Positions 42,031-54,899 of a stretch of DNA of 64,000 bases are shown here, piece by piece. Each line of letters starts with the position of its first letter. The stretch's first letter is position 1. Source of the DNA: the human T2T-CHM13v2.0 reference genome, Homo sapiens. The notes beneath the pieces are model-generated. The model ran no database searches. It was not told where the DNA came from and saw nothing but the letters and a program-made list of their open reading frames with translations. The stretch is taken from NCBI RefSeq assembly GCF_009914755.1, contig NC_060926.1, one strand, 5' to 3'. The translations under genes and the position numbers were made by a program.

Positions 42031-42361
42031 GAAATGTTTGAAATAAATAAACAACTTGTAAATGTACAGATGTTCTCAAAATAGAATAAATGTATTTTGC
42101 TCATTTTTTAAACACATTTAAACAAGTATGATTTTAATATATTTTACAATGTTATGTTTAGAGTATGTTTTACATACAAAATAAATTGATCACACCGTTA
42201 TGTATTTCATAAATAATGTTCTTCTACTTAATATAAGCGGAAATAAAAAGAGAATATATGTTTTAATTTAATGTCATAATTTCTTATTTATTTTAAGCAC
42301 AAAATATTTTCATATCAGGTAATGTTTGCCACTGGGGATTCTGTTTTAAAATATTTTCAAT

Positions 42362-44288
42362 TTTAATTTTTTTTTTAATTTTAGCTTTTATTTTAGATAC
42401 AGGAGGTACATGTGTAGGATGGTTACATGAGTATATTGGACTCTGATAGTGAGCATAGTACCCAATAGGTAGTTTCTCTGTGAACTCATTCCTCTCTCCC
42501 CCATTTAGTAGGCCACAGTGTCTGTTTTTCCTATGCTCTCTTCTATATGTGCTCAATGTTTAATTTACACTAATAAGTAAGAACATGCAGTATTTGGTTT
42601 TCTCTTCCTGAATTAATTTGCTTAGGATTATGACCTCCAGCTCCATCCATGTTACTGCAAAGGACATAATTTTTTTTATGGCTCCATATGTATATGTAAC
42701 ACATTTTCTTTAGCCAGTCCACTATTGATAGGCACTTTGGTTGATTCCATGTCTTTGCTATTGTAAATAGCATCGTGATGCATGTGTCTTTTTGGTATAA
42801 TGATCTATACTCCTTTGGGTATATACCCAATAATAGGATTGCTGAGTTGAATGTTAGCTTTGTTTTAGGGTATGTGAGATATCTCCAAATTGCTTACCAT
42901 GCTGGCTAAACTAATTTACATTCCCACCAACAGTGTATTAACATTTTCTTTTCTCCATAGCCTCACTAACATCTGTTTTTTTTTTGACTTTTTAATAATA
43001 GCCATTGTGACTGGCATGAGATGGTTTCTCATTGGGATCTTAATTTGCATTTCTCTGATGATTAGTGATGTTGAGAGTGTTTTCATACATTTATTGGCCC
43101 CTTGAATGTCTTCTTTTGAGAAGTGTCTGTTCATGTCTTCTACCCAATTTTAATGAGATTATTTGTGTCCAGTTTGTTTATTTGTTTAAGTTCCTTTTAG
43201 ATTCTAGATGTTGGACTTTTGACAGTTGCATAGCTTGTCAATATTTTCTCCCACCCTACAGATTGTCTCTTTATTCCACTGATAGTTTTTTAGGCTATGC
43301 AGAAGTTCTTATTTTAATTAGGCCCTATTTGTCAATTTCTGTTTTTGTTGCAATAGCTTCTGAAGGTTATTTCCTAGATTTTCTTCTAGGATTTTTATTG
43401 TTTGAGGTCTTAAATTTAAATGTTTTATCAATTTGAGTTAATTTTTTTATATGGTGAAAGGTAAGTGTCTAGTTTCGTTCTTCTGCATATGGTTAGCCAG
43501 TTATTTTAGCACCATTGATTGAATAGGGAGTCCTTTCCTCATTGCTTCTTTTTGTTGAACTTGTTGAATATCAGCATGTTGTAGGTGTGCGGCTTTATTT
43601 CTGAGTTTTCTAGTCTGTTCCATTGGTCTGTGTGTCTGTTTTTGTACTAATAACATGCTGTTTTGGTTACTGTAGCTTTATGGCATAGTTTGAAATCAGG
43701 TAGTGTGATGCTTCTGGCTTTGATCTTTTTGCTTATAATTGCCTTTGCTATTTGGGCTCCTTTTTGGTTCGATATGGATTTTAGAATAGTTTTTTTCTAA
43801 TTTTGTGAGGAATTATATGGGTAGTTTTATAAGAATCTGTAAATTGCTATGAGAAGTATGACCATTTTAATGATATTGATTCTCCAATCCATGAAAATGG
43901 GATGTTTTTCCATTCATTTGTGTCATCATTGATTACTTTCAGCAATGTTTTACAGTTGTTCTTGTAGAGATCTTTCAACAATTTGGTTAGCTGTATTCCT
44001 AGGTATTTCATTTTATTTGTGGCTATTTTAAATGGGATTGTGTTCTTGATTTGGCCTTCAGCTTGGATGTTATTGGTGTAGAGCAATGCTCCTGATATTT
44101 GTACATTTATTTTGTAGCCTGAAATCTTGGTAAAATAGTTCATCAGTTCTAGTAGCCTTTTGCCAGAGTCCTTAGGGTTTTCTAAGTATAGACCCAGATC
44201 GTCAACAAAGAGGTAGAGTTTGACTTCTTCTTTTCCTATTTGAATGCCTTTTATTTCTTTCTCTTGCCTCATTACTCTGGCGAGGGAT
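42362..44288 (-). mobile_element. 5'-truncated L1 (L1PA13-16-like)
   Basis: ORF 43847..44272(-) is an RT-domain remnant ([24 protein letters not shown]...YLENPKDS...KYLGIQLT). The 3'UTR and T tail are at the left end. Confidence 0.93.
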
Positions 44289-45181
44289 TCTACATCTAAA
44301 AAATATTGTATCTTTTTTATGTTTTAACAGTATAATAAAAGTAGCTCACAATTGTAATGATTCATTATTTATTTTTGGGATAGACCAGCCATTTTTTGGA
44401 TGTAAGAAATGAATTCCCTAATTTATTACTTTATGGCATTTCTTGTGGTTAATTGGCTTCATGGGTTCCAATGAAGTTAAATAACATTGCATTCAAGTAA
44501 AACTGCTAAAGATTTTTCATGTATTCAGCTTTCATTTGAAATTCTCACTCATTGATTACTTTAATACTAACTATTACAAAAGATTTAAGATCCTGCAAAA
44601 GTATAAAGATAATAATTCTTACTGCTGTCAGAACATTTTAGTGGGATTTGCATAAAGATAATGAATACTTATATACTTATTTAATTCTGAAATAATTCAT
44701 AATACAAGATGGTCTCTCAGAAAGTTCAAGCTTGGGTATTACTGAAGTTACATCGAGACTGTATATATGTGTTGTTCTTTCTTTGTACTAATTTTTTATG
44801 ATGTATATTTACTTGTGTTGGTTAATTTTTGTATTTTAAATTTATTGAGGAGTGATAACTTAGCTTTATTAATTTCTTTAAGGATTCTATAAACCAACAT
44901 GGATACATGATAATGTCAATGAAAATGATCTTCACAATACAGCATAGCATAACCAAGTTGCCAGACTCACCTTAGCTCTCATTGAATAAGGAATACAAAT
45001 TATTCACATCTTAATGTGACAAAAATACATATTTTCAATATTATATCTTGAGCTCTGCCAATCAATACATTACATCTCATTTTGAAAAAGTTGATTGGTT
45101 TTATTCATAATGAATTGCCATTGGAAATATTGATCAGGAAAGTCAAATCCTGGGTACAGACATATATAGTTGCACTAATCG

Positions 45182-45935
45182 TTTTTTAAATCACTTTATT
45201 GAGATATGTTTGGGATACAAAAATTGCACATTTTTAATGTATACAACTTGGTGAGTTTGGAGCTAAGTATATACCTGTAAAAATGTCACCACAATCCATG
45301 TCATAAACTTATCCAATAATCTCCAAAAGTTTTCTCCCATCTTCTTTATTATTATGATTACTAATTTTATAAGAACACAACATAAGATCTTAGCAAATGT
45401 TTAAGTGCACAATACACTATTGTTAACTATAGGCACTATGCTATATAGTAAACCTCTAGGAATTATACATCTTTTGTAACCAAAACTTTGTCTTTTGCCT
45501 GATACCTCCATGTACCACCTCTCCTGCTCCCCAAGACCCTGGAAACCACCATTCCACACTTCAGGCTTCTATGAGTTTGACTACCTTAGATTTTACATAT
45601 AAGTGAAATCATGGAGTACTTGTGTTTCTATATCTGGCTTATTTCACTTAGCAAAATGGTCTACTGTTCACCCTGTTGCCACAAATGGAAGGATATTCCC
45701 CTGTTTTTAAGACAATAATACTGTATTGTCAGAATATATCATATTACTTATCCATTCAGCCGTCAATGGACATTTAGGTTGCTTGCACATCTTAAATGCT
45801 GTGAATAATGCTACAATCAACACGTGAGTGCAGATATTTCTCCAAGATCCAGATTTCAATTTTTTTTGGATATATACAGAGAGGTAGGATTGCTGGTTCA
45901 TATGGTTGTTCTATTTTTAAATATTTAATAACCTT
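45182..45935 (-). mobile_element. L1MA (L1MA9-like) 3' end, non-inverted part
   Basis: actttattgagatatg...tatacctgtaaaaatgtcaccacaatc...ggattgctggttcatatggt. Confidence 0.85.
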
Positions 45936-45939
45936 AGGG

Positions 45940-47687
45940 TTCATGAATGCACAATGGGGAAAGAATAGCCTCTTCAAAAAATGGTGTTGAGAAAACTGGA
46001 TATCCACATGCAAAAAACTTAAATTGGGCTCTTATACAATACAGAAATATCAACTCAAAATGGATTAAAGGGTTAAACACAGGCCCTAAAATAACAAAAC
46101 ACCTGGATTGACATAGGGTAAGAGTTCTGGGCATTGACTTTGGCAGTAATTTCTTGGATATGGCACCAAAGACATAGGTATCGAAACTAAAAATAGGCAC
46201 GTGACACTACATCAAATTAACAAGATTCTACATTCAAAGGAAACACTATTAAAAGGCAACATACAAGGATTCATGATGAATACCCCCAAAACAAATGCAA
46301 TGAAGCAAAGATAGACAAGTGAAACTAACTTAAACTAAAACGCCTCTGCATAGTAAAAGAAATAACAGAGTAAACAGACAACCATTGGAATTGGAGAAAA
46401 CATTTGCAAATTATGCCTCTTACAAAGGACTAATATCCAGAACCAACAAGTAACTCAAACAACTCAAGAAAGATACAAACAACCACATTAAAAACTGGGC
46501 AAAGGACATAAAGTGACATTTCTCAAAAGAAGACATACAAGCAGCCAACAAACACCACAAAAAAAATGCTCAATATCACTAATCATGAGAGAAATGCAAA
46601 TTAAAGCCACAATGAGATATCATGTTACATCAGTCAAAATAGCTTTTTTAAAAAAATCAAAACACAAGAGATGTTGTCATGGATGCAGAGAAAAGGGAAT
46701 GCTCATACCCTGTTGGTGGGTAGTATATTAGTTTAACCTCTTTGGAAAACAGTACGGAGATTTCTCAAAGAACTAAAAATAGAAATATCCTTCAACCCAG
46801 CAATTGGACTACTGGCTGTCTACTCAAAGGAAAAGAAATAATTATATAAAAAAGACACCTGTCCTCATATGTTCATTGCAGCAGTATTCACAATAGCGAA
46901 GTCATGGAACCAACCTAAGAGTCCATCAACAGTTGACTGAATAAAGATAATGTGGTATATATACACCATGGAATACTACACAGCGACAAAAATAATAAAA
47001 TTATGTTCTTTGCAGGAGCATGGATGGAGCTGAAGGTCATTATCCTAAGAGAACTAACTCAGAAATGGAAAATAAAATACTGTATGTTCTTACTTACAAG
47101 TGGGACTAAATAATGAGTACACATGGACATAAAGAAGCAAATAATAGACACTGGAGACTCCAAAATGTGGGGGATAGGAGGAGGGTGAGGGTTGAAAAAT
47201 TGTTTATCAGGTACAATGTTCACTATTTGCAACTGAGTAAACTAGGAGCCCAATTCCCACCAGTACACAATATACCCATGTAATAAACATGAACTTGTGC
47301 CCTGAATTTAAAATAAAACGTATTTTACATAAAGGCAACAAACAGAATTGGAGAAAATAGTTGCAAATCAGAGCTGATAATATTCCTAATACGTAAAGCT
47401 TAATATTCAAAATATATAACGTTTAATATTGAAAAAATATAGTCTAATTAACTCAATAGCAAAACATGATCCAATTAAAAAATAGGAAAAGGATCTGAAC
47501 AGACATTTTTCCAAAGTATACAAAGAAATGATCAACGGGCACATTAAAAGGTGCTCCACACTGCTAATCATCAGAGAAATGCAAAACAAAACCACAATGA
47601 GATGTTATCTCACATCTGTTAACATAGATATTATAATTAAAAAAATAAGTTTTGGTGAAAATCGGGGAAAAGGGTACCCTTTTACAT
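45940..47687 (+). mobile_element. Inverted ORF2 segment of the same L1MA, split by a nested L1PB
   Basis: QWGKNSLFKKWC at the start. Resumes at about 47331 (HIKRCSTLLIIREMQNKTTMRCYLT) and ends just upstream, on the consensus, of the antisense segment's 5' end. Confidence 0.8.
46266..47330 (+). mobile_element. L1PB 3' portion nested in L1MA
   Basis: Complete L1PB-type 3'UTR. TSD aaaggcaaca(t/a)aca at 46252-46265 and 47331-47344. Confidence 0.85.
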
Positions 47688-48553
47688 ATAAGATCATGAT
47701 TTTACTGGGGTAAAAACCAAGTAGAGAAGAGCATCATGAAAACATTTTACATTATGTTAATTTGGCAGAAGTAATGAGTCCATGATCATAAACTCTTGGC
47801 CCAGGAGATGACCTGATGCTGACATAATGATTTGTTGGGGTTTTATATTTGCCTTATAGTTTCACACTTGTTTAATATCAAATATTCTTATTTCAAGAAA
47901 AATGTTTTTAAAAATTGATAATAATTATGTATTTACAAAATGAGGCTGGGGGGCGTTGCTTCTCAAGGCAATAGGCAATAGGCTGGAGGGTTCCTCCTTC
48001 CATGTTGTCCTAGAATGACAAAGGAACTTCAAGATAGTCATACATAAAATCTGAAAAACAATGCTGGACGACATATCACAAATACACATACCATGCTACT
48101 CTTAGGTCTATGCAATACCAATTCCCTCATAAATTTACAAAAATGCCTCTCTGATCAATGTTTAAAAAAATGGGTCAAAAACAGCTAAATATTAATGCTC
48201 TGGGCCTAGAATTGCCTGTCTTGGATGGCCTGTGATACTGTACCACTGCTGCTCTGTATTCTCCTGTTGGAATCTAATAGGTGTCCTAACATTCTAGTGT
48301 TACCTGTAGCAGTAAAAATGTGTTGTGGATTATTCACATGATAACTCAGCAATGTTAGCAACTTCTCTTTGAACACTCTTTCTAAATCCAATTTAGTAAT
48401 CTCCAACCTTGTGTTGACAGACACTCAAAAAAATCAGAAGATTTCTAAAGGTGAGATTATCACAGGAGCCTTCATGAAGGAAATAGGTTTATAAGCTAAC
48501 ATGTGGATGAAGTATAAAATTCTCCTGTTTTTCCTTGCTAAGTATCCAGAGAC

Positions 48554-48784
48554 TAGGCTTGCCAGATTACAAAGTTAAAACAAAAGATATCCAATTAAAT
48601 TTGAATTTTAGATAAATAATACTTATTTTAGTATAAACATGTTCCAAATATTGCATGGAGAAAACACATTTTATCTGTCTATATACCCATTCATCTTTCT
48701 CACTCTCTCTCTATCTCCATATCTGTATTTATGATCTGAAAATAAAATTAAATATAGCATCCTATATTTCATCTGGTAACCTTA
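48554..48784. mobile_element. MER53-like palindromic hAT non-autonomous DNA transposon
   Basis: TIRs taggcttgccagat / atctggtaacctta with internal aattaaatttgaattttagataaa. Confidence 0.75.
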
Positions 48785-49470
48785 CTTGCGACATAAGTTT
48801 GATCAGTTAAGAATGTCCCCAGGCTCATGTTCTGTCCTCAGGATATGTCCACAGCTTACCTCAATAAAGTTAGGTACTCCTTGTTTGCTAAACACTGGAC
48901 GAAGACACTATTGACAGATATTGTGCAGTTTAGTTATAACGCTCTAATTTAGCACATTTAATGCTCAGCAATAAATTGTATTCCCTTATAGACCTATACC
49001 AATATGTGAAAACATTTGGGGTTGATAAATAACAATTGGTAAATAGATTATGATTAGAATATTTATATAATTCCTGAACTCACTTATATAACCGTTTCCC
49101 CATTTTTCCTCTGTTAAGTGTCTAGTGCCTACCTCATGCTCCTTGTCACTGTTCACATATGTGCTATTCATGAGCACATATTCATAGGTTCAAGTCATTC
49201 CCTATTTCAGCTATTGGTTTCTTTATAAATGTTTTTTAAATTAATGGTAGAAATAAGTGTTTTGTTTATTCTACTTATGAAGGTAAATATCTCGAATTGA
49301 AACACATCAAAATAAATATTTTCAGCTTTGTTTTTTCTTTGAATTATATATTTATCATTGCAGTATTTGGTATGCAGTGTTATCTGTATTTATTTATATT
49401 TTTCTTTCTCTAGTACAGTGTGAGCTTCTTGGCTTGAAAAATTTATTCATCTTTTTTTTAAAAAAAATTG

Positions 49471-49772
49471 TGTCTTATTTCCTTTAGTGTAATCATATAA
49501 AAGTATTCTAGAAATAGTCTAAGGAAATGTACAATCATGGTGGAAGTTGAAGGAGAAGCAAGGCGTGTCTTACTTTGCAGCAGGAGAGAGAGAGAAGAAA
49601 GCCACACACCTTTAAACCATCAGATCTCGTGAGAAGTCATTCACCATCTGAAGAACGGCACAGGGAAAACTGCCCCCATGATCAATCACCTCCCACTAGG
49701 TCCCACCCCACATACATGAGGTTTATAATTTCGGATGAGATTTGCGTGGGGACAAAGAGCCAAACCATATGA
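49471..49772 (-). mobile_element. THE1D/MSTA-type LTR, partly deleted
   Basis: acaatcatggtggaag...aaaccatcagatctcgtgagaa...gatgagatttgcgtggggacaaagagccaaaccatat. Confidence 0.85.
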
Positions 49773-50929
49773 GAGCAGAATGATCTCAGTGTTAAAGAGG
49801 ACCCTTAATTTACATGAGAACAATCTCGGAAGTTATGTCAAAGTTAGTCTTTGAGGTTACCTACATACAATATAGTCCTCCATTTCCTGGGGAATATTAA
49901 CTATATGATTCGTGAGCGTGTTTGATGGTGACCTTATAATGTCGACCTACTAGAAAAATATTAAGGCTTCTCCTTTGGACGTAGAGTCAGTTTTGGCCAA
50001 CTTTCTATAATATGATTCCTTCCTATAAATGAAGTGTTTGTTTCTATCTAGTCTTCTCAATAGTTCACATGGGGTGCATCCCAACAATGCATTTAACTTG
50101 GCCCCTAAGGCAATCATGTTCATATTTTATATTTCTCAGCATATTTGTTATTTTTGTATGTGTTATTCACATATTTATGAGGCTGTGGGATGAATCCTTC
50201 TGCTTCTTATATTGTCATTTTCTTTTTCCTCCTAGAATTTAATTGTGAGTTTTAGAACGCAATAAAAATGGATTCTTTACTTTCATTGTGTTGAGATGCA
50301 GTGTTGAGGTATATGGATTTATTGACAGAGAGTAACAGATTTGTGAATAAAATGAATCACAACACACCTGATTTTTAGCAATGAATATTTTTAAAGCCCA
50401 TTTTAATGTAAACTAGTCAATTCTTGATACATTTGTAAAAGATGTGTGCTGCCTCTGACTTTACTCTCTTCAAATGCATCCCTGATTAGTTGGTTTAGTT
50501 GCTTTGTTCTAGAATAACCTCAAATGCTGTAACAACTAGACATTTTTCTGAATTCTACTCCCAGAAGAGGAGAGAATATATTTGAAATACACGCTGTTTA
50601 TTTTCATTTAAAGTCATTATAAGTCTCAAAAAATACATATTTTCTTCATAACATGCAAATTATTTAATGTTTAACAAAATATTAGTTTGCTTGTTTCTAA
50701 CCCTTGCAAAAACAAACTGTATGAACACAAGTAAATATTGGCTCAGGAAATACCCTGAAGCTATAGTTAAAATGTGCTTTTGTTTATAGAGTTTTTTTCC
50801 TCAGTATTTATAAATATTCATTTCTTACTCAACCTTCTAATTCAACATGATTTTATATTGTATTTTTTTTCTTTTTTGAAGGTGTGTTCTCATTATTTAA
50901 AAGGGACTTTATTGAATTTGCTTAAATTT

Positions 50930-51066
50930 TTAATTTTATTTCATGTTTTTAAGAGATGGGATCTTGCTATGTTGCCCAGGCTGGTCTCAAACTCCTGGGC
51001 TCAAATGATCTTTCTTCCACAGCCTCCCAAATTGCTGAGCTTGCAGGTGTCAGCTACTGCAACCAT
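50930..51066 (-). mobile_element. FLAM (free left Alu monomer)
   Basis: agagatgggatcttgctatgttgcccaggctggtctcaaactcctgggctcaa, single monomer only. Confidence 0.85.
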
Positions 51067-53029
51067 CTTAAATTTGCGTAAATTTTATAATGAATATGTT
51101 TCTGTAACTAAAGAATTTTGAGTTTTCACTTATGTCAGATTCATACACTTATAGAATACTTTCCCTTAATATTTTCTTACATTTTATGTATAAATTTTAT
51201 AGGTTTTAAAAGCAATGTTACTTTTCTTCAATTATTTTTAGGAAACTCAATGATTCAAAGATTTTTCTATGTAATAATCATAAAGGAGTGCCTAATGTAT
51301 ACAGCAAGACTAGTATGTGCATATATTATTTCATGTGTCCATTTTTAAGTAATATCCTAGAAAATGATTAAATGGTCTTAATGTGTGTATGTATATACAT
51401 AGACATTTAAATACATGTGTGTATAGGTGTACGAGTGTGTATAGGTGTAACTATATAGATACATGTGTCTTTTTTCATAAATACATTTCTATTTCTAACT
51501 TGCTATTTTTGGTAAACAAAATACTCTAAAATTTGTTTCCCTGCTTTTATAACTGATATGTTGAACACACCAGAGACAACTGGGAAAATGAGCAGTTTAG
51601 TGCCAAACAATTTATGACTTTAAAACTTAGCTCAGTCTTCCATCTTTCTAAACAGTTATTTTATGTAGGTTTAATCAGCAACTTCAGTTTTCCTCTACGT
51701 CTGGTTTAAACATTCCACAAGTCTCAAGGTCTCCACTAAATTCTTGCTTTCTCATGCTGAGCTGTCATATTAATTTATCTTACATGATAAACTCTTTCAG
51801 TTTCCAGAGCTGTAGTATATCACCATCTGATCACGTGACCACATCTTTAATATTGTAAAAACAGCTTCCTACTCTCATAATTCAGTTGAAGATCAAGGAA
51901 GTGATCTTCAGAGGGTAATTGAAATTCATGTCAATGTGAACTTCAGGTTTGTTCCATGAATCAAAAGGGAAACCTGACCCAAATCCTTGCACAAAGTCTG
52001 TATTTTCCTTTCCACACACTCTACAATGTCTAAACACTAATTCTCACCTCTTAAACATGTGCAGGTTACACTTCCTTCATCATCTCCTGCTTGAATTATT
52101 GCAACTATCTCCACATTAATCTTGCTTGTTCCTTGGGATATCTGTTCCTCTTAAATCAATATTTTATTTTACTACTGATTTTTGACTGTGGCCTTTTATT
52201 TAAAGACCAAGTCATCTTACATTTATGTTTCTTGGATGCTTTTCTCTTTCAGTCTTTTTGAATGACAATAGGTATCTATGGAAAATTATAACACAATGCA
52301 ATCAAATGATTTGAAAGTTGTTTTGTTTGTCATTATAGTTTGAAGAGTAGAACATTCACCTTAAAAAACACTGGCTAGTTCTGAAATTATGTTTAATTTG
52401 TATTTTTTAAAATGTTATCTGGAGGATGCTGTACTTATTCTTTCATCCTTGCCATGAGATTCAAAGTGATTATGTGTAGGGGTGTGAAAACAAACAAAAC
52501 AATAAAAATATCTAATGTAAGCAGAAAGACTTAGCTGATCCCTCTAGAGCTTGAATAAATAGACATTTCAGTCTTTTCCTGTTTGGAGTTTCACTAATTT
52601 TCTTGAAGGGAAATAGAAAAACTTGAGAAACCATTTGAAGATTTCCCTTACTGTGTAGCCTTCTTCTGTTTTATTGATGGGCTCTTTCTGTTTCAAGAAT
52701 TGCAAAGCCTGGGAGGTATTGTTGCTTAGCATTGTGCAGGAAAAGCTATCATAATGGAGAATTTTAAAAGAAAACATTGTCAGGAGTGCTTGTAGACTCT
52801 ACTATGGGGAAATTTGACATCTCTTTTGCATATTGCCACATATTTCTGTGGATTCTTAAAGAATTGAATGGGGATAAATATTAAGCTTCCGGTGAATATA
52901 TTTATTAGTTTTATGACATGAGGAATGAAAAATAATATCATTCAAGATAGCGAATTAGGTAATATAAAAATGTTCTGATGATACAAATAAATATCAATAA
53001 TGGCACTTATATATACAATTAGTTTATGA

Positions 53030-53250
53030 AAATGATTACTAATAACACTGATTATTTACAAGTCACTACTTTAGGTGTTTTACATGAATTTACTAGTTTA
53101 ATCCTTTCAACAATTCTATAAAGTAGATACTATAATTAACTGAATTTAACAGGCAAGGAGACTAAGGCATAGTTCCCAAGGTTACTCAATTTGTAATAAT
53201 GCTAGGATTTCAAGCATATTGTCTGCCTTTGTATTCATATGCTTAACAAC
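53030..53250 (-). mobile_element. MIR
   Basis: tttaatcctttcaacaattctataaagtagatactat...acaggcaaggagactaaggcatag...cccaaggttac. Confidence 0.75.
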
Positions 53251-53944
53251 AAAGTTACAAAGTTATAAGTAATTTATTTATCAAGTCTAATATTTTGTAG
53301 AAGACATCATCAAATTATGCTCTCATTCACTTAAACTGATTTTGAACCTTTAAACAGTGGATTTTACAGTTATTAATATGCTTCTATATTATGACATAAC
53401 TAATGATATAACACAATATGATTAACATAATGCCTCTCCATTGCAATTATGAACCACAAATCATTGGGTATATTATTGGGTGTATTTATAACTTAAAAAT
53501 AGAATTTTAGTAAAATTGAGAATTTTAAATTTCACAAAGTTAAAAATACTAACTGTTCCACTTCTCATCACCTATATCTATGCTTGTTTACATTGCATTT
53601 CTGCAAGAAAGTAGTATTCAATTTTCTCAAATTTTTTGTCAGGAGATACATACCTAGACACATACACACATTATTATGTATATGCAATATCATATATTTA
53701 TGTTATATGTAGATAGAAGTGCTTATAGAATGTAGTATATATGTAATATGTAAGCTGTAAATTGCTTGCCTTATGTATTATATATTATATCTAATCTGTA
53801 TGTATAATATGTAATATGTATAATTTATATATATGGAGGTATTGTTATTCTCATAACAATCATAGGGAACCAATTATTAAGAAAAATATTCATTATTGAA
53901 AAAAAAATATGGACACCTATCTTGTAAAAGAGTGCATTGTTAAA

Positions 53945-54200
53945 AAGTATAGCATGCTAAATGCAATGGATCCTGGATTGAAATCTTACACAAAAAAGGA
54001 CATTGGGAAAAAAGTCTGTAGTTGAGGTAATAACATACTAATATTAATTCTATAGTTTTTTTCAACTACATCATTATGAACTGTATTGACATTAGGAAAA
54101 ACTTATGAAGAGTAAACAGATAAATTGCATACCACCTTTGCATCTTTTCTGTAAATCTAAAATTATTCCAAAATTTTTATAATATATATTTTTAAAAAGA
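53945..54200 (+). mobile_element. L1MC/L1ME 3'UTR fragment
   Basis: ctaaatgcaatggatcctggattg...tttgcatcttttctgtaaatctaaaattattccaaaat. Confidence 0.7.
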
Positions 54201-54313
54201 AATAGAACATGAATACTAAATAGTCTTTCTATATTCACTGACAATAAAATATATAAATTATCTCATGCAATAAGGATAGCAATTGATTTTTTTAACTTTA
54301 GGAATGATATTAT

Positions 54314-54693
54314 TGTCAGGCCTCTGAGCCCAAGCTCATATCCCCTGTGACCTGCACCTATACATCCAGATGACCTGAAGTAACTGAAGAATCACAAAAG
54401 AAGTGAAAATGGCCAGTTCCTGCCTTAACTGATGACATTACCTTGTGAAATTCCTTCTCCTGGCTCATCCTGGCTCAAAAAGCTCCCCCACTGAGCACCC
54501 CACTCCTGCCCACCAGAGAACAACCCCTCTTTGACTGTAATTTTCCTTTACCTACCCAAATCCTATAAAACAGCCCCACCTCTATCTCCCTTCGCTGACT
54601 CTCTTTTCGGACTCAGCCCACCTGCACCCAGGTGAAATAAACAGCCTTGTTGCTCACACAAAGCCTGTTTGGTGGTCTCTTCATAGGGACGTG
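54314..54693 (+). mobile_element. HERV-H LTR7-family LTR, near full length, lacking the last few U5 bases
   Basis: tgtcaggcctctgagcccaagc start, TATAAAA at 54564-54570, AATAAA at 54636-54641, and aagcctgtttggtggtctcttca U5. Confidence 0.95.
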
Positions 54694-54714
54694 AACTCGC
54701 TGAGTCCGCCCTTA

Positions 54715-54899
54715 GTAATGTCATCAGTTAAGGCAAGGACTGCCATTTTCACTTCTTTGGTAGTGGAATGCCATCAGTTAAGGCAGGAACAGGCCATTTT
54801 CACTTCTTTTGTGATTCTTCAGTTACTTCAGGCCATCTGGGCGTATACATGCATGTCACAGGGGATACAATTGCTTGGCTTGGGCTCAGAGGCCTGACA
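54715..54899 (-). mobile_element. Second HERV-H LTR7 U3 fragment, inverted, of a different variant
   Basis: The reverse complement reads tgtcaggcctctgagcccaagccaagc...tatacgcccagatggcctgaag and has two copies of the aaagaagtgaaaatggc...gccttaactgatg block. Confidence 0.95.

Noticed and set aside
43847-44272. 141-aa reverse-transcriptase-like ORF as an active RT
   Set aside because: It is a fragment of a 5'-truncated, decayed L1 ORF2 with surrounding stops and frameshifts.
53640-53835. TA-rich stretch as a structured repeat array
   Set aside because: Low-complexity degenerate (TA)n with no constant unit or spacers.
54314-54899. A novel DNA transposon with 22-bp TIRs
   Set aside because: The TIRs are LTR7 U3 ends from two different variants. 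There is no transposase and no evidence of further copies.
54314-54899. Foldback assembly artefact
   Set aside because: The arms differ by substitutions, an indel and a block duplication, and the flanks are direct rather than inverted repeats.
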